A stretch of DNA of 64,000 nucleotides from Octopus vulgaris (taxonomy: Eukaryota), in assembly GCA_951406725.2 (NCBI GenBank), contig OX597814.1, forward strand, positions 191,890,001-191,954,000, in the 5' to 3' direction. A program made the position numbers and the translations under genes. The stretch's first letter is position 1. Every line of letters starts with the position of its first letter. This document shows positions 1 through 14,718 of the stretch, piece after piece. The notes under the pieces were generated by a model. The model did not search any database. It was not told where the DNA came from and was given only the letters and a program-made list of their open reading frames with translations.

Positions 1-1149
1 CTCTTCTCCATAATTGGTGCGACAAATTATTTTTCTCACTCTCTCACTCATGAGCTCTCACTCATCTAACTCGTAAATAATTTGTCGCACCAATTATGGA
101 GAAGAGGCTCCAGGAAACATACAGAATTAATCGGTTGAAGTATATTACGCGCAACGTGATTGGACCTTCGATCCAATTCCGGCGCAACTCTCAACTAATC
201 ACAACACAGGGCTCAATAAATGTCCAATAACTCATGATAGGCATTTTAACCAATCACAACAGATTAGCGTGGTGAGCCTGTATAAGCCAAACTTAATGTT
301 CCTAAGTAAGCAATAATACAAATTGGTCCCGCTACAGCATCGTGCATTAAATTGAAATATTTTAATTTGGGCACAAAGTGACTGATTGAGGGGTAGTAGT
401 TGATTACGTTGACCCCGTTACTCAACTAGTACTCTTTTTATCAACCCCGAAAGGATGAAAGGTAAAATCGACTTAGACGGAAATTGAAATTTCGACGTAA
501 AACCGAAAGAAATAACATTATGTATTTTGTCTGGCGTGCTAACGATTCTGTTAGCTCGTCGCCTTTGAATTAAATTGAAATATGAAGACTCACATTGAAA
601 ATAGGAACTTCAGTTGAATCAATACCTAAAAAAAGTATCGAAACTAACCAGTTATTATTTTTTCAAATTTTGTTAGAATTGCGAAATGACGCCAAACTTG
701 CATTTTGTCTCTTTTCCCATTTTAAAATATCGATTTCTAACTATGGCACAAAACAATCTTCATATTTAGAGAAGGATTAGAGTCGATGAAATCGATCCAA
801 GTAAGATAAAAAGGAAAGTTGACCTTGGCGTGGTTTGAACTCAAAACTTAAGAGCCATAACTTGCAAAGTATTTTCTTGGTTGATGACCCCGACATTTAA
901 CAGATGCTTTTATTATTGCTTATAATAGCTTGATGTTATAAGCAATTATAAAACCAGCTTGACGCTGGTTGGGTGCTTAACAGACCAATCACGTGAAACT
1001 ACTGTCGTAAAGTCATGGTGCATAACCAGTTACCTAGCGGTTCGGTTTCAAATCACCGCTACAAATTAATTTTGTAAATGGCTCAGATAAATTTCTTGTG
1101 GCTCCAAATGATGCCATCTGTAGTGCAGCGTTGTATCTCTTTTATCTCT

Positions 1150-1553
1150 TTCTCTTTTACTTGTTTCAGTCATTTGACTGTGGCCATGCTGGAGCACCGC
1201 CTTTAGTCGAGCAAATCGACCCCGGACTTATTCTTTGTAAGCCCAGTACTTATTCTATCGGTCTCTTTTTGCCGAACCGCTAAGTGACGGGGACGTAAAC
1301 ACACCAGCATCGGTTGTCAAGCAATGCTAGGGGGACAAACACAGACACATAAACACGCACATACAAATATATATATATATACATATATACGACAGGCTTC
1401 TTTCAGTTTCCGTCTACCAAATCCACTAACAAGGCATTGGTCGGCCCGGGGCTATAGCAGAAGACACTTGCCCAAGATGCCACGCAGTGGGACTGAACCC
1501 GGAACCATGTGGTTGGTTAGCAAGCTACTTACCACACAGCCACTCCTGCGCCT
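1150..1553 (-). mobile_element. tRNA-derived SINE family A (others ~3950-4325, 28826-29050, 30398-30801, 33700-34119, 54280-54680, 59322-60113)
   Basis: Head AGGCGCAGGAGTGGCTGTGTGGTAAG..GGTTCAGTCCC (A/B boxes), internal (TA)(TG)n, shared tail; many near-identical copies. Confidence 0.85.
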
Positions 1554-1596
1554 ATCGTCTAATTCTGTTTTGAAAGTGCTTGGAATTTTGGTCAAT

Positions 1597-2935
1597 TCAT
1601 GACAACAGTTTCTTCAATGGCTCTGGAAGTTGGGGGATTGTAGGGAGTTTAACCTTTCCACCACTGCAGCACAGTGCAGGTGTCTCTCCAGGCCACTTCT
1701 TTGCTTTATAATGTATGCACTCAGCTGTCATTGCACCAACGGAAACCCTAGTGTCGTCTGCATAATGAACTGCTGGATCATATTTGAAAGCTGCTTCATA
1801 GAAGTTGCTTCCCCGAGCTGTTGCAACTGTTCTTCGATCTGCAGTGGAGATCCTATTCCTTGTCAGCTGTGCATATCTCTGTTCATCACTTTGAGATGCT
1901 CTGGCTTTTGTAGTGCACAGTCTGTTAGTTTCCTGGTATGCTTCCCTTTCTGCAGCTGTCTCTCTTTCCCCGGACAAAGACATTCTTTTGGCTGACCTTG
2001 ACATTGTAGACAAATTCGACACTTTCCTTCTAGGCTTGGTTATATACGTATACAGACATACATGAATACAGAAGATTGTAAACAATGAAAATAACTGGGT
2101 AAGGGAAATTATGTTTCTTAATACGACGGGCAGAAAATAAATAAGAATTTTTTTACGGAATATAAAGAATTGTGCGGGTTGAAGTGAAATTTGTCACTTA
2201 GTGAATCAAAGAGCCAGTATCGAAGGCACCAGAAAAAACACAAAACCGTTGCAAAAGTTAATAGGGAAATTAACCAAGTGTACGGATAGTAAATTATGAA
2301 CTTATTTTTACTAGTAATTCCATAAAAAGAAAGAAAGAAAGAAAAAAGAACCAAAATGTTGCAAAAGTAAATAAGAAATTTGTAGGCAAATTTAATAAAG
2401 TGTACCGATTGAAGTGAAATTTATGAAGTTTCTTCTGTCAGTAAATTATGTATGAAATTACTTTCATCAGTAACTGTGATCTTCTCTCTGTCAGTAATTT
2501 ATCGTTGTTGTTTGTAAGTAATTTATCGTTGTTGTTTGTACAATAACGATTGAACTTAAAGTGAAAACAATAGAGAGTGAGATATAGTGAGAGGGGGAGA
2601 GAAAGCTAGCTAGTTAGATAAATAAGATAGATATAGGTAAATAAGATATAAACAGATAGATACAGAGACATAGATAGATATAGAGATGGATATAGAGATA
2701 AAGATAGAGATATATAGACGTCACTGACGCTAGAAAACCGGAAGTAAAAAACTTTCAAACACGTGAAACTAATATAAAAAGCAGTATTTTTTAATTTTTA
2801 ATAAAAGAAATCAAAGGAAGAGCCTAACATGTGTCCGAGGTCAAATTATTCATGCATCACAGGTATGGAAGCAATTGGTGAAGCCGTTTTCGCATGAAAA
2901 GCGAATACGTACACATCTCTATTTTATATATTATA
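1597..2935 (-). mobile_element. Helitron 5' portion encoding RepHel N-terminus
   Basis: ORF 1597-2085: charged repeats then VGAMTAECIHYKAKKWPGETPALCCSGGKVKLPTIPQLPEPLKKLL, the Zn-finger-like region preceding Helitron Rep. Confidence 0.78.
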
Positions 2936-3208
2936 TGAGATTGTGATAATTTTTTTGACCAATGGATGTAGAGGAGACAATCAATTTCTGAAAGTTACTT
3001 CGTAAAGAGATATCTCCCTTCTCCACGTAACCCAGGAACGGGTGTTTTCTGCCCCCAGGAGATCCCCGTTGCTCATTAACGGAATCTAAACCATCTTTGG
3101 GACTTAAGTAATATATGTTCTCAGTTTGGAGAAAATCAGTTGAAAAATACAGCCGTTATAATCTTTTACACACATACGCACACAGATAGAACGGGATTTA
3201 TATTATAG

Positions 3209-3606
3209 ACTAACAGCTAAGCCCAGTTTCACCCGGTCTGTTTGGATGATGTGGATGTGATCGTTTTCGATTAGGTATAATCTATAACAGCGTTTGTCAA
3301 CCTTATCATCTCGGGTCCCCAGTTTCAATTGGAGCCTCCAACTATATGAAAATTTCCTGACCCCAACCTATCAGAAAACAGCTTCTAAGCAACTGGTTGT
3401 TTTAATGGCAGAAGAAAGAGGGAAATTCTATTAGAAAAGTTTTAATTGATTTTCTCAGTAAATATAGGGGTTAGGAAAAAAGTGCAAACTGCACCTGTCT
3501 CCACATGTGTGCCATTTTTCATGCGAATCCACCCAGCCGTTTGGCTGTGAACCTCAAGACAAGAAAGAATACAACGATCGCCCACGTCCAATTTATATTA
3601 TAGATT
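3209..3606 (-). mobile_element. Short non-autonomous Helitron/Helentron-like element
   Basis: Minus strand starts TCTATAATATAAA and ends in hairpin CCGGGTGAAACTGGG...GTTAGT. Confidence 0.5.
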
Positions 3607-4604
3607 AAGTCAGCTGATCGGTAGAATCGTTAACAAGTTGAACAAAATTCTTGGCACATTTCTTCTGGTTCATTACGACCTGAGGTCAACTTGACATTTC
3701 GTCTTTTGGAGCCGATAAATAAGTACAAGTTGAGCACTGAGTCGATATAATTGACACCTTACTCATCTAAAATTACTGGCTTTATACCAAAAATTGTAAT
3801 CATAAAAATCATTACTGGAGTGTTACTCGTCATAACTTTGGAAGTATAGTTTTGCATCTGTAGGTATGGTCTGTGATTCTTTTTTCTGTGTGTGTGTGTG
3901 TGTGTAATGTTCATTTACTCATTGCCTGACATGAAGCCTAGTATCTTTTATCGTTTGCTTGTTTCAGTCATTAGGCTGAGGTACTTCTTCGAAGGAATAG
4001 ACCCCTGTACTAATTGTTTTAAAATCTGGTACTTATTCTATCGATCTTATTTTGCCGAACTACTAAGTAAGGGGACATAAACACACCGTAAAGCGGTGGC
4101 AGGGGACAAACAGTCACAAAGACAAACACACACACACACGCGCACATACACACACATGCATACGACGGGCTTCTTTCAGTTTCCGTCTATCAAATCCACT
4201 CACAAGGCTTTGGTCAACCCGAAGCTATAGTAAAATACATTTGCCCAGGGTACCACTCAGTGGGACTGAACCTGGAACCATGAGGTTAGGCAGCAAGCTT
4301 CTTACCACACAGCCATACCTGCGCCCACCCAAAAAATTCTGAAGTCATCTCTGGCACTCAAGTCCGGCGACGGGCCTGGTTGTTGTTTAGTTTCAGGTCA
4401 GCACTGATTGAGTTGACTTATGACGAAAAGGCGTTCCAGCCCTGACCGTCCTTTCACTTTTCTTTCCATACCTAGTATATCCAGTGCCACGTGATTCAAT
4501 GCACCCCGTCTTTCTTTTATATGATTTGAGGAAGATTCAGTTGCTATTTATAGCAGGTCGAACGACCGACCTCGTAGTTACCGTTTTGTTGGCTCACTAA
4601 GTAT

Positions 4605-4742
4605 TCATCATCATGATCATCATCATCACCATCATCACCATCACCACCACCACCACCATCACCATCATCTCCCACAATCATCACCACCATCGTTATCACC
4701 ATCATCATCACCACCATCATCATCACCACCATCATCATCACC

Positions 4743-4774
<32 letters not shown>

Positions 4775-5165
4775 CATCACCATCACCACCATCACCACCA
4801 TTACCATCACCATCACCATCATCCCCCATCATTATCACCATCATCATCACCACCATCATCATCATCATCACCACCATCATCATCATCACCATCATCATCA
4901 CCACCATCATCATCATCACCATCATCATCATCACCATCATCATCATCACCACCATCATCACCACCACCACCATCATCATCATCATAGAAAAACTGAAGGT
5001 GAACTCTAATGGGTTGAATCCAAATTATACCGATAAAAAAAAAATCACGAACGTCACTTTTACAGTCTTTACTACTTCTCAGCCCCCTCCACCACCACCA
5101 CCACACCACCACCACCACCACCACCACCAACACCACCACCACCACCAAAAACCACCACCACCACA
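4605..5165. repeat. (CAT/CAC)n trinucleotide arrays
   Basis: Seen directly; source of poly-His/Met/Asp ORFs. Confidence 0.95.
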
Positions 5166-5542
5166 AATAAATAAATAAATAAAAACAAAAGCGTCAAACC
5201 TACGTCAGAACAACTTAGGCTTGTGGCAATGGCAATGATGATAACAATATATACTTACAGCAGTACAACAGGAAGAAATAGATCTGGGACATTTGAAAAT
5301 ATTGTCTTAATGTCGAAAACACAGGAAACAGAATTGATTAGCCTTATGTAAAAAAAAAAAAATTATGAATAATAATAATAATAAAATATAAAAGATTGGG
5401 GTTTTTTTTTCACAGTTTCGCTTAATATGTTACAAATATCGAATATCAGTTACATTCAAGTTATCCAATAATGTATGGTTGCCGTAGACTTCTTACATAA
5501 TCTGTACCAAAAATTTCTCCCAAAATAAATAGGTTCTCTCTT

Positions 5543-5641
<99 letters not shown>

Positions 5642-6900
5642 GACAATCAACAATTTGTACAGTATTATAGAATTTAAATAAAAAAAATTTATCAAAGACA
5701 TCGCCCGAACCACGTTATGTAATAATTACGTGAACGGAAGCATTTTTGAAATGTGAGAAATTTTCTTCGAATTTATTTTCTTAATTTTTTTGGTTTTTTC
5801 TTCTCCATGTACAATAGTCTTTTTTTTTTTTTTCTTTTTCTCTCTCCGAAATTTACAAACATAATCGTTTAAACTTTTCTGCATTTAACGAAAGATTGAC
5901 TTCAAGACATTCTTCACTCATTAATTTTCTTCCATGTTCCACCCTAGCTAATGCCATTTTCTGTTTTTTTTTTTATGCTTGCATTAATAATCCCTCTTCC
6001 ACACTTCCTCAGAGACATTCTCTTCCCACTACATCACCGTTCCTTTTTCTTTTCTCATTTATTTTTTCATTTCCTTTTTTTTTAAATACACTGTAGTGAG
6101 TCATATTGTCGTTCTGCTATTTCAAACATTCTTCTAACTTATTAGCTCTCCATTCACAGTTTCCCGTCGATGCTAAAACACTTCTATACTAAAACGTTTA
6201 TCTCTCTTAATACCGCTCCTTACTTAAAGTAGATCATGCATTACCACTCCTGTCTACACTGTTCTTCCTTCAACCAAAGGAGTTATCTTGTATCATTAAT
6301 ACTTCCTAAATGCACACACAGAGCATTTTGTTCACGTATTCTTTTACATTTAAATTGTGGGGGAACATGAACGCCTGGACACCTCCGCTGCCCAACTCTC
6401 TTATAAATATAATTATTATAAGTTGATATAAGAAATCAGTGTTAATTGTTTAACTATCAAATTTGTACGAGAAATTAAGGCCGCGTAACGTTTCTGTTTT
6501 CCGTTAGCCTGTGTTTGTCAGGTTCAAATGTTGCCAGATGTATAAGGCATAGAGGAAATGAGGAAATATCTCTCAGCTACTTTAACACTGTACACTAAGT
6601 TCAAATAAGTTTCGACATACCTGATGTGTTTACGGTTAACACATGCCAGAAATTACAAGCATACAAATGGGTCTCTGATGGAAGATCTTGCTGAAATTAG
6701 GTACAATTAGAAATGGGTTTAACACTGCCAGACTAACTCACTTCCACCTCCTCTTCCTCCACGCTTCCTCGTCCCATCAATATCTCAAGACCAAGTCTTG
6801 CCCATCAATAACCCATCAATAACCAATTCTTTTCCCATCACTTGCTTCCAGATCAAGTGAAGTCTAAACAAGATTTGTGGAACAACTTCTCGTCCCATCA

Positions 6901-7514
6901 CGAAATGAGACAACTGGGCGCAGCTGTTTAGACGTTGGTGATTTGGCGCGGTTCACCGAACATTCAACCTATATTGGTGACAGGACACTTTGACGCCGGA
7001 GACATGCACACGCACGTGCACATGCACGCGTGCTGAAATATACACGTGCAAACAGAAAGAGTGTAAGAAAGAGAAAGAGAGAGGGAATATAATTTATTAA
7101 TTGAACACGATTGGCACCAACACTTACTCCCTCTTGATACACTTAAAATGAAATATGATCACACACATAGCACACACACTCGCGCATTCACACATACACA
7201 CATGCGCACGCACACGCACATTTACATACAAACATAGGCGCATACACACACACACACACACACACACGGATACACTTATGCATACACGCAAGCACACTCA
7301 TATTTTCACACATGCACGCGCGCACATACACTCACACATACGCATACACACAGAGACAACAAAAAAGAGGTAAGGGGATGGAGAGTGAGGATGGAGGGAG
7401 GAAGGGAGAGAACGAGAGAAACATCAAAACGTCTGATAATAAATAAGTCAGCGTCGAATCAGCAACGCCAAGTAAGAGGCGCCAAAACAGCTGTGCCAAA
7501 ATGTCTCATATCCG
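6901..7514. mobile_element. Old MITE with imperfect ~35-bp TIRs
   Basis: CGAAATGAGACAACTGGGCGCAGCTGTTT vs AAACAGCTGTGCCAAAATGTCTCATATCCG; near-TSD TCCCATCA/TCTCATCA. Confidence 0.6.
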
Positions 7515-9455
7515 TCTCATCAATATCTTGGTACCAAACGCTGTTGCCCCATAAAAACCTCCAAACCTAGCTATCACCACATCAAATAAACTTCCAGACC
7601 AACTCTCGCCATATCAAAATCTTCAGATTAAAATGTCTTCTCTGTACTTCCAGACAAAACTTATCAATATCTCTGAACTAATTCCAATCACATCAGTATT
7701 TTCAGATCAAACTTCCTTCCAGTCAGTATATAGGGGGGGAAATCTTTTACCCCGCCATTAACTGAAAGTTTAAAAAAAATTTTTTCTACTTTTGTAAAGG
7801 GTCTGGTATTCTTCAGTTTCAGATTCATCGAACTTATCGATTCTGGACAGATGAAAAATTGAAGGCGCGCGTCCTTGTGGTTACGGTGTTGCATCGACGA
7901 TCGCAAGATCATATTTTCGATCCCCGGACCGGGTGATGCGTTATGTTTTTGAGTAAAACACCTCGTTTCACGTTGCTCCAGTTAATTAAACTGTAAATGA
8001 ATATCCTGCAACCGGCTGGCATTCTGTTTGGCGATGGAGGGCAGTATGTTGTGGCCTCGGTCATTCATACGCTAATGGAAACGGGGTAACCGGCCTTATG
8101 AAATCCAGGACTCGAGACAGATATGTCCAGGGGTTGATAATGATGATGATGACGATGATGACGGTGATGATGATGATGATGATGATGATGACGATGATGA
8201 TGACGGTGGTGGTGATGGTGGTGACGATGGTAATGATGATGATGATGACGACGACGACGATGATGACGATGATGATGAAAAGCAAAAATCAGTTTCATTG
8301 GGTTTTAAACACTGATCACCGAAACTAAATGCCTTATCGAACAATTCACTAATAATCGGTCAATGATAACTGAAATTTTCCCAGAAGTAAAATCGATGCA
8401 GTATGAAGAAGTGATATCTAAAACAACAATGGCGACAACGACGATGACAGTTACAGCATTTATAATAGTAATGTTGGGAAGTCAGATTAAGTTTTCTATG
8501 TGACAATTCAGTCGAATAAATTGATGAATTGATGATGTTATGACAAAGTACAAAGTACTAGAGCGCAGAAGATCGTTCGGTGGTTACCATAGAAACAGAC
8601 CCACGTGAGCTGTTACGATTGAACATGCTTTCAGCTCAGCCGAACTTCGTCAACAAAGTGTTTTGTGTTTGTCTGTCGTAAACATACTCAGTTTTTTTTT
8701 CTGACCCATTGCAAATATATGGCAATATAATTCCTGTAAAATTCTGAGTTTTTTCCCCTATTAAATATTCTTCCCCCAAAAGTGTATGTCATAGGAAGCA
8801 GTTAACTAATATAGTAATATCGTTAGACATATGAAAAATCACAGCTATGAAAAATGAGCGGTTGTTGTTTTGTTTCGTCTCGGGTAGACCAGAACCCTCT
8901 TCATGAAATACGCGTGGACTTTGCATGGGTTATCGCCGCTTTTTTCTGGTTGTCAAACTGGTCTTAACCTTACCTTAAATGTAACATCACTTTGAATGGA
9001 GCAAAACATACGTATAAAGTGATCGCCCCGTACGCTCTGAGCTCGCCTCCCTTCGCTACTGATTAACTCACCTTCAGACCAACTGAAGACTCATCAGAAC
9101 TTACAGATCAACACTTTCATCATTAAAACATCCAGATCAAACACTTTCCGATCAAAATCTCCTGTCAACTTTTACCCAATCAATACCCACTGAAATTTTT
9201 CCCTCTCTCTCTCTCTTTCTCTCATCAATACCTTCAAACTAGCTCTGAGCTCAATATCTTCTGATCTACTCTCTTTCCTCAATATCTCCATATCAACTCT
9301 CTCTCATCCTTACCTCTTGAACAACTCTTTCATTCCCTCCCCCTCCACCCTCTCTCTTCCTATCAATACCGCCAGATCAATTCTTCCTCGTCTCTCTCCA
9401 TCTCTAACCTCCACCTCCCTTCCTCCCCCATTCCCGTTATCTATCCCTCGCTCTC

Positions 9456-9525
<70 letters not shown>

Positions 9526-9684
9526 CAAATTCCGCCGAGGTCGACTTTGCCTTTCATCCTTTCGGGGTCGATAAATTAAGTACCAGTTACGCACTGGGAT
9601 CGATGTTATCGACTTAATCCGTTTGTCTGTCCTTGTTTGTCCCCTCTGTGTTTAGCCCCTTGTGGGTAGTAAAGACATATCTAA

Positions 9685-9743
<59 letters not shown>

Positions 9744-9747
9744 CCTG

Positions 9748-9845
<98 letters not shown>

Positions 9846-10024
9846 CCTCCATATCGACTTTCACCCCCACTCATATACTTCCACACAATCTCTCTTCTTC
9901 TCCCTACTCCCCAGACTAACTTTGTCAACATCAATACTCCTTCCAAACGACTCTAACGTCATAAAAGGCATCTCACCTGCGAACAGTTCCTCTGTGGGTA
10001 ACTTAGATTATATTACCTAATATA

Positions 10025-10692
10025 TTTTAGGCACGGAAGTGCCGTCAGTCGAGCATGTCCGAGATGCACGCAGGGCGACGAGACGGTCCTGCATGCTCTC
10101 GTCCTGTGCCCGAACATTGCTAACTTGTGGGTTATGTCGAATATCTGCTGTCGCTTGTGAGACGGATCTGGCTGTCAACTAACGTGAAGATTGCCTCACC
10201 ACCTTCCTTTAACCGGGAAGGGCAGGCTGTCTTTATATGCCTGGTGGCCAAAAGCGAAAGAGTATATTTGATCAGTCCCTGATCAACTTTTTCAAATTTC
10301 AACTTGAAGAGGAAAATAAGGGTAGAGAGGGAAATGTTGTCCTCTAGCAAGATTGCTGAACGATGGATGAGAATGGCAAGAATTGTGCGAGTGAACGGAC
10401 CTGCCCTGAGCATATGCCTGTAATTGGAGAAAAGGAAATGAGAAAAGGCGCCTGCCCCAGAAGCCAGGGCACCCACGGTTTTATGGGGTTTTTCCATGAG
10501 CAGCCCTCGAACGTCTCCTCTCTATTCAGGATCACACATTAATCTTTCTCCTCCTTTCTGTTAAGCTTGCTTGTATGCAAACCCTCACAACGACACACTC
10601 GTACACATAAACACATACATTCTTTGTTTTGTCATGCACTGTCCATAATGGTTTTCTTAATGTAAACCTTTGGTGGTGAATAAAGAAATCAT
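10025..10692 (+). mobile_element. L1/Tx1-type LINE 3' fragment
   Basis: RHGSAVSRACPRCTQGDETVLHALVLCPNIANLW (zf-RVT CCHC finger); ends AATAAAGAAATC. Confidence 0.7.
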
Positions 10693-10768
10693 TAATATTT
10701 TTATAAGGATTGTTGAGCATTGGGGTTAATGTAATCGAATTGCTGGCCCTGTGCCAAATACGAAACCA

Positions 10769-10905
10769 TTATTATTATTATTATTATTTTGGTTTGGATC
10801 AAGTTCGGTCTTATTCCTAGTAGGAATTATGTGGATAACCTTAGGTATCTACACGGTTTCAGCAGTCTTTCAGGTGCTTAGAACCCTCCTGATAATCCTT
10901 GCTGT
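10769..10905 (-). mobile_element. R4/Dong-like LINE 3' tip
   Basis: TARIIRRVLST* then short UTR running into (TAA)n. Confidence 0.45.
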
Positions 10906-11205
10906 CTCCTCCTCCTCCTCCTCTTCTTCATCATCATCATCATCATTCTCCTCCTCGTCGTCCTCCTCCTCCTCCTCGTCGTCCTCCTCCTCCTCCTCCT
11001 CATCATCATCCTCCTCCTCATCATCATCGTCCTCCTCCTCCTCCTCGTCCTCCTCCTCCTCCTCGTCCTCCTCCTCGTCCTCCTCCTCATCCTCACCATC
11101 CTCCTCGTCCTCCTCCTCATCATCATCCTCATCCTCACCATCCTCCGCCTCCTCCTCTTCCTCCTCCTCCTCCTCCTCCTCCTCTTCTTCTTCTTCTCCT
11201 CTTTC

Positions 11206-11240
<35 letters not shown>
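10906..11240. repeat. (CCT/CAT/CGT)n + (AAT)n array
   Basis: Seen directly. Confidence 0.95.
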
Positions 11241-11241
<1 letters not shown>

Positions 11242-14200
11242 TTTTGCTTTAAATTTGTCAAGATATGATTTGGGTGAGATGTGGCTACAATCAGTAAACC
11301 TCTGTCAGAGTCTTTTTACCTTTATTATTCAGTTTTAAACATGAAAAAGAATCAAATCAGTTATACATAGGGATAACCAGTTCGTTTGCCGAATCGATTA
11401 GCACACATTTGATACCTTAGCTTAGATTTTTACGGACACATAATGGTCCTCCATATAAATTTCAGTCGCAAGTATTTCGTCGATATGCAGCTATGGTAAA
11501 AAGACCCACACAAAACGTTAAGTACAGTGGGTTTGATCCCTGAATTGCGTGATGGTGATATCCAGACGATAGTATCTTGTAAAAAAGCATCCCTGATTAA
11601 CTAATGTACTTGATTTGTTTTTCTCTTTGTAACTTATGTTTGCCAGAATATAAGAGGTCTTACAGGCTTTCAATTTCCTGTAATTAAATTAGCTAAGTCT
11701 ATTAACTATTCTAGTTCAGTATTAAACATATAACTGTTTTTGTGTCAGCTTTATGATTCGCCGGTTTGTTTTATTGAGGTACTTAGAAAATTTCCATTTT
11801 GACAATTCTGTATTTCCTATTCTCCTCTTATCTTTATTTCCTTTTCTGCTCTTATCTCGATAATCTTAAATGATTTTATTAATTTATAAATATTTTCTCA
11901 TGTATATCGCTCAATTATATACTATAAAGTTTGCTTGAGGCTTCATTCATACCGCTAATGTCAGATGGTCTTAAAATATCTGTCAGTTACTTAAATAATG
12001 ATTTGTAATAAAGGCACAATGTCATGGAATAGTGGGAGGATATCAGCGATTAAATCGAGCTCTGCACTTAGCTGGCTACTATGGGCTGGCAAAATCGTTA
12101 AGTCGTTGGATAAAATGTATTTAGTTATGGCTTCCACGTTTTGAGTGCAAATCTTGACCAGCTCAACTTTTCCTTTCAGGATAGATAAATAAAGTAATCG
12201 ATAAATAAAGTAATAGAACTGTATATGGGTCGATACTCTTCTTTCATTCTGTCTGTTTATCGGTATATATATATCTCTAATTCTGGAAGAAATCAGTTGT
12301 CAAATCTGGAAAGAAATGGGCTACGCTAGATCTGAAACTGTCCAAGATGTATTGTATGTCATGACAGTGTCCCTACAACTTCAGCAAGGAATAGGGGGAT
12401 CAAGGCATCTAGTAGGGTCGATTTAGTATTCCTATAAAGGGTGCGAGCGGTCAGAATCGTTAGTAGACCGGGTGAAATGCTTAGCGTTATTTCGTCTGCC
12501 GTTACGTTCTGAGTTCAAATTCCGCCGAGGTCAACTTTGCTTTTCATCCTTTCGGGGTCGATTAAATAAGTACCAGTTACGCACTGGGGTCGATATAATC
12601 GATTTAATCCCTTTGTCTGTCCTTGTTTGTCCCTTCTATGTTTTGGCCCCTATGAGCAATAAAGAAATAAATATTCCTATAAAGCATTCTTGATGGTTAT
12701 CAAATTATAAGAGAAGCGTCCAGATAGGTAGATAAAAAGTAAATTCACCCATGGCAGGACTTGAACCCGAAATGTAAAAAAAGATATCACTGAATGTAGA
12801 AATATATTTTGTCCGATGTTCTACACTTTTCTTTTCTTTTTACTAATCCTCTCATTTAAACCAGACAATTCTTTTGTGCAGTCTACTTAAATGGAGCCCG
12901 TTTCTGGCAAGGGATCAGCTAGAGCTAAACTATAATACAGCGATCGTTTTGTAAAATGAAACAACAGAAAAGAAAAGTGATGAGTCACGGGAGAAAATAT
13001 CAGGTTACAAGGAAAAAATGTGCATAAGTATAAGAGAGAATGTAATAAAAGGAAAGACTTATAGATTGCCAATACTGAAATGCAGAAGATATATGATTGC
13101 AGACTGCAGGCTATAAAATAACATTAAATTGTTCCTTTTATATCAACTGTAAGACGAATGGAACTATTCTTCTGCTAAATACTGTGTTTGGAGAGTAGGT
13201 TTTCAAAAGTTAACTGAAAAGAATAAAGTAACATTAATCTCGGTCTGTTTTAAAGGAAATTTAATATTTTGCGAACAATTAGTCATACGAGAAAGAACTA
13301 ATATGTAGGTAGCAAATTCGCTATGTTTTAGCTAGTGTCATGACAATAATTGATTTTAAAACTACATTTATTGCTTTCACATCGACTTTATTGCCTGCAG
13401 CTAAATAATCTAAATCGAATAACTATAGATTCCGCTTGAAATCTGTTTAGACAACTGATGATGGGACATAAGAAAACCTTTATTATGGGATTAGGAACAG
13501 GCGACTTAAGTAGCATCGGCGTTGTAAGGGAAGTAACTCTTAATTGTAATCCGGGAATTGTTTTCATTTCATCGCCCGAACGTTACCAAAACATTACAAT
13601 TAAACTGTGTACATTTTCTCGGTATGTTTTACCCGAGGTAAAATGAGGTCCGTCACTCAATGTAAATCGCATCTCCCTATCTCTCCCTAATACCTATTTC
13701 TTTTCTATCCACAAGGGGATAAACACAGAAGGGACAGACAAGGACTTGTCTACTGTACTGTGCATGCATACATACATACATACATACAATCATACAACTT
13801 TCCAGTTTATCATTTAAGTATATATGCGCATGTCTTGACATGCAACTATTAATAATATGCATGAGAATACATGCATAAAACAGAACATACAAATCTGCAC
13901 ATGCACTGACACCAAATAGTGCACATATACATACATACATACATACATACATACATACATACATACATACATACATACATACATACATACATACATACAT
14001 ACCATATATACACACATACATACATACATAGTAATTGATATATTTTTCTTTACTACCCATAAGGGGCTAAACATAGTGGGGACAAACAAGGACAGACAAA
14101 GGGATTAAGTCAATTACATCGACCCCAGTGCGAAACTGGTACTTGATTTATCTACCCCGAATAGGATGAAAGGCAAAGTCGACCTTGGTGGAGTTTGAAC

Positions 14201-14479
14201 TCAGAACGTAATGGCAGACGAAATACCTATTTTTTTTACTACCCACAAGGGGCTAAACATAGAGGGGACAAACAAGTACAGACAAACGGATTAAGTCGAT
14301 TACATCGACCCCAGTGCGTCACTGGTACTAAATTTATCGACCCCGGAAGGATAAAAGGTAAAGTCGACCTCGGCGGAAATTGAACTCAGAACGCAGCGGC
14401 GGACGAAATACCACAAAGCATTTCGCCCGGCGCGCTAACGTTTCTGCCAGCTAATTGATATAAAAGTTTTTTTAAACAT

Positions 14480-14718
14480 GGATCATTACCTTTTGACCGA
14501 CAGTGATTGGTTGAAATTACCGAAATACTACAACTTTAACGTGAAATAACTTCGTAGATATAAGCTTTTCTCAAAAACGCTAAGGAGGAGGAGGAGGTTA
14601 GAGATGGAGAGAGACGTGAAAGAATTGATCTGGCGGTATTCTACCAGTGTCCGAAGTTTGGAAGTGTTTAGTTACAAAATATTATTCTTTAAATCTGTCG
14701 GTCAAAAGGTAAAGATCC
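14480..14718. mobile_element. Related shorter GGATC-TIR MITE
   Basis: TIR GGATCATTACCTTTTGACCGACAG / CTGTCGGTCAAAAGGTAAAGATCC; TSD TTAAACAT/TTAAACAC; shares CAGTGATTGGTTGAAATT with 25686 family. Confidence 0.75.

Noticed and set aside
4544-5166. Poly-Met/His/Asp ORFs (also 8061-8344, 10751-11261, 35112-35519)
   Set aside because: Trinucleotide repeats without domain or splice support.
5170-6480. Possible 3' UTR or terminal exon of another gene (ORF 5461-5646)
   Set aside because: ORF is mostly (GA)n; no recognisable domain or convincing splice sites.
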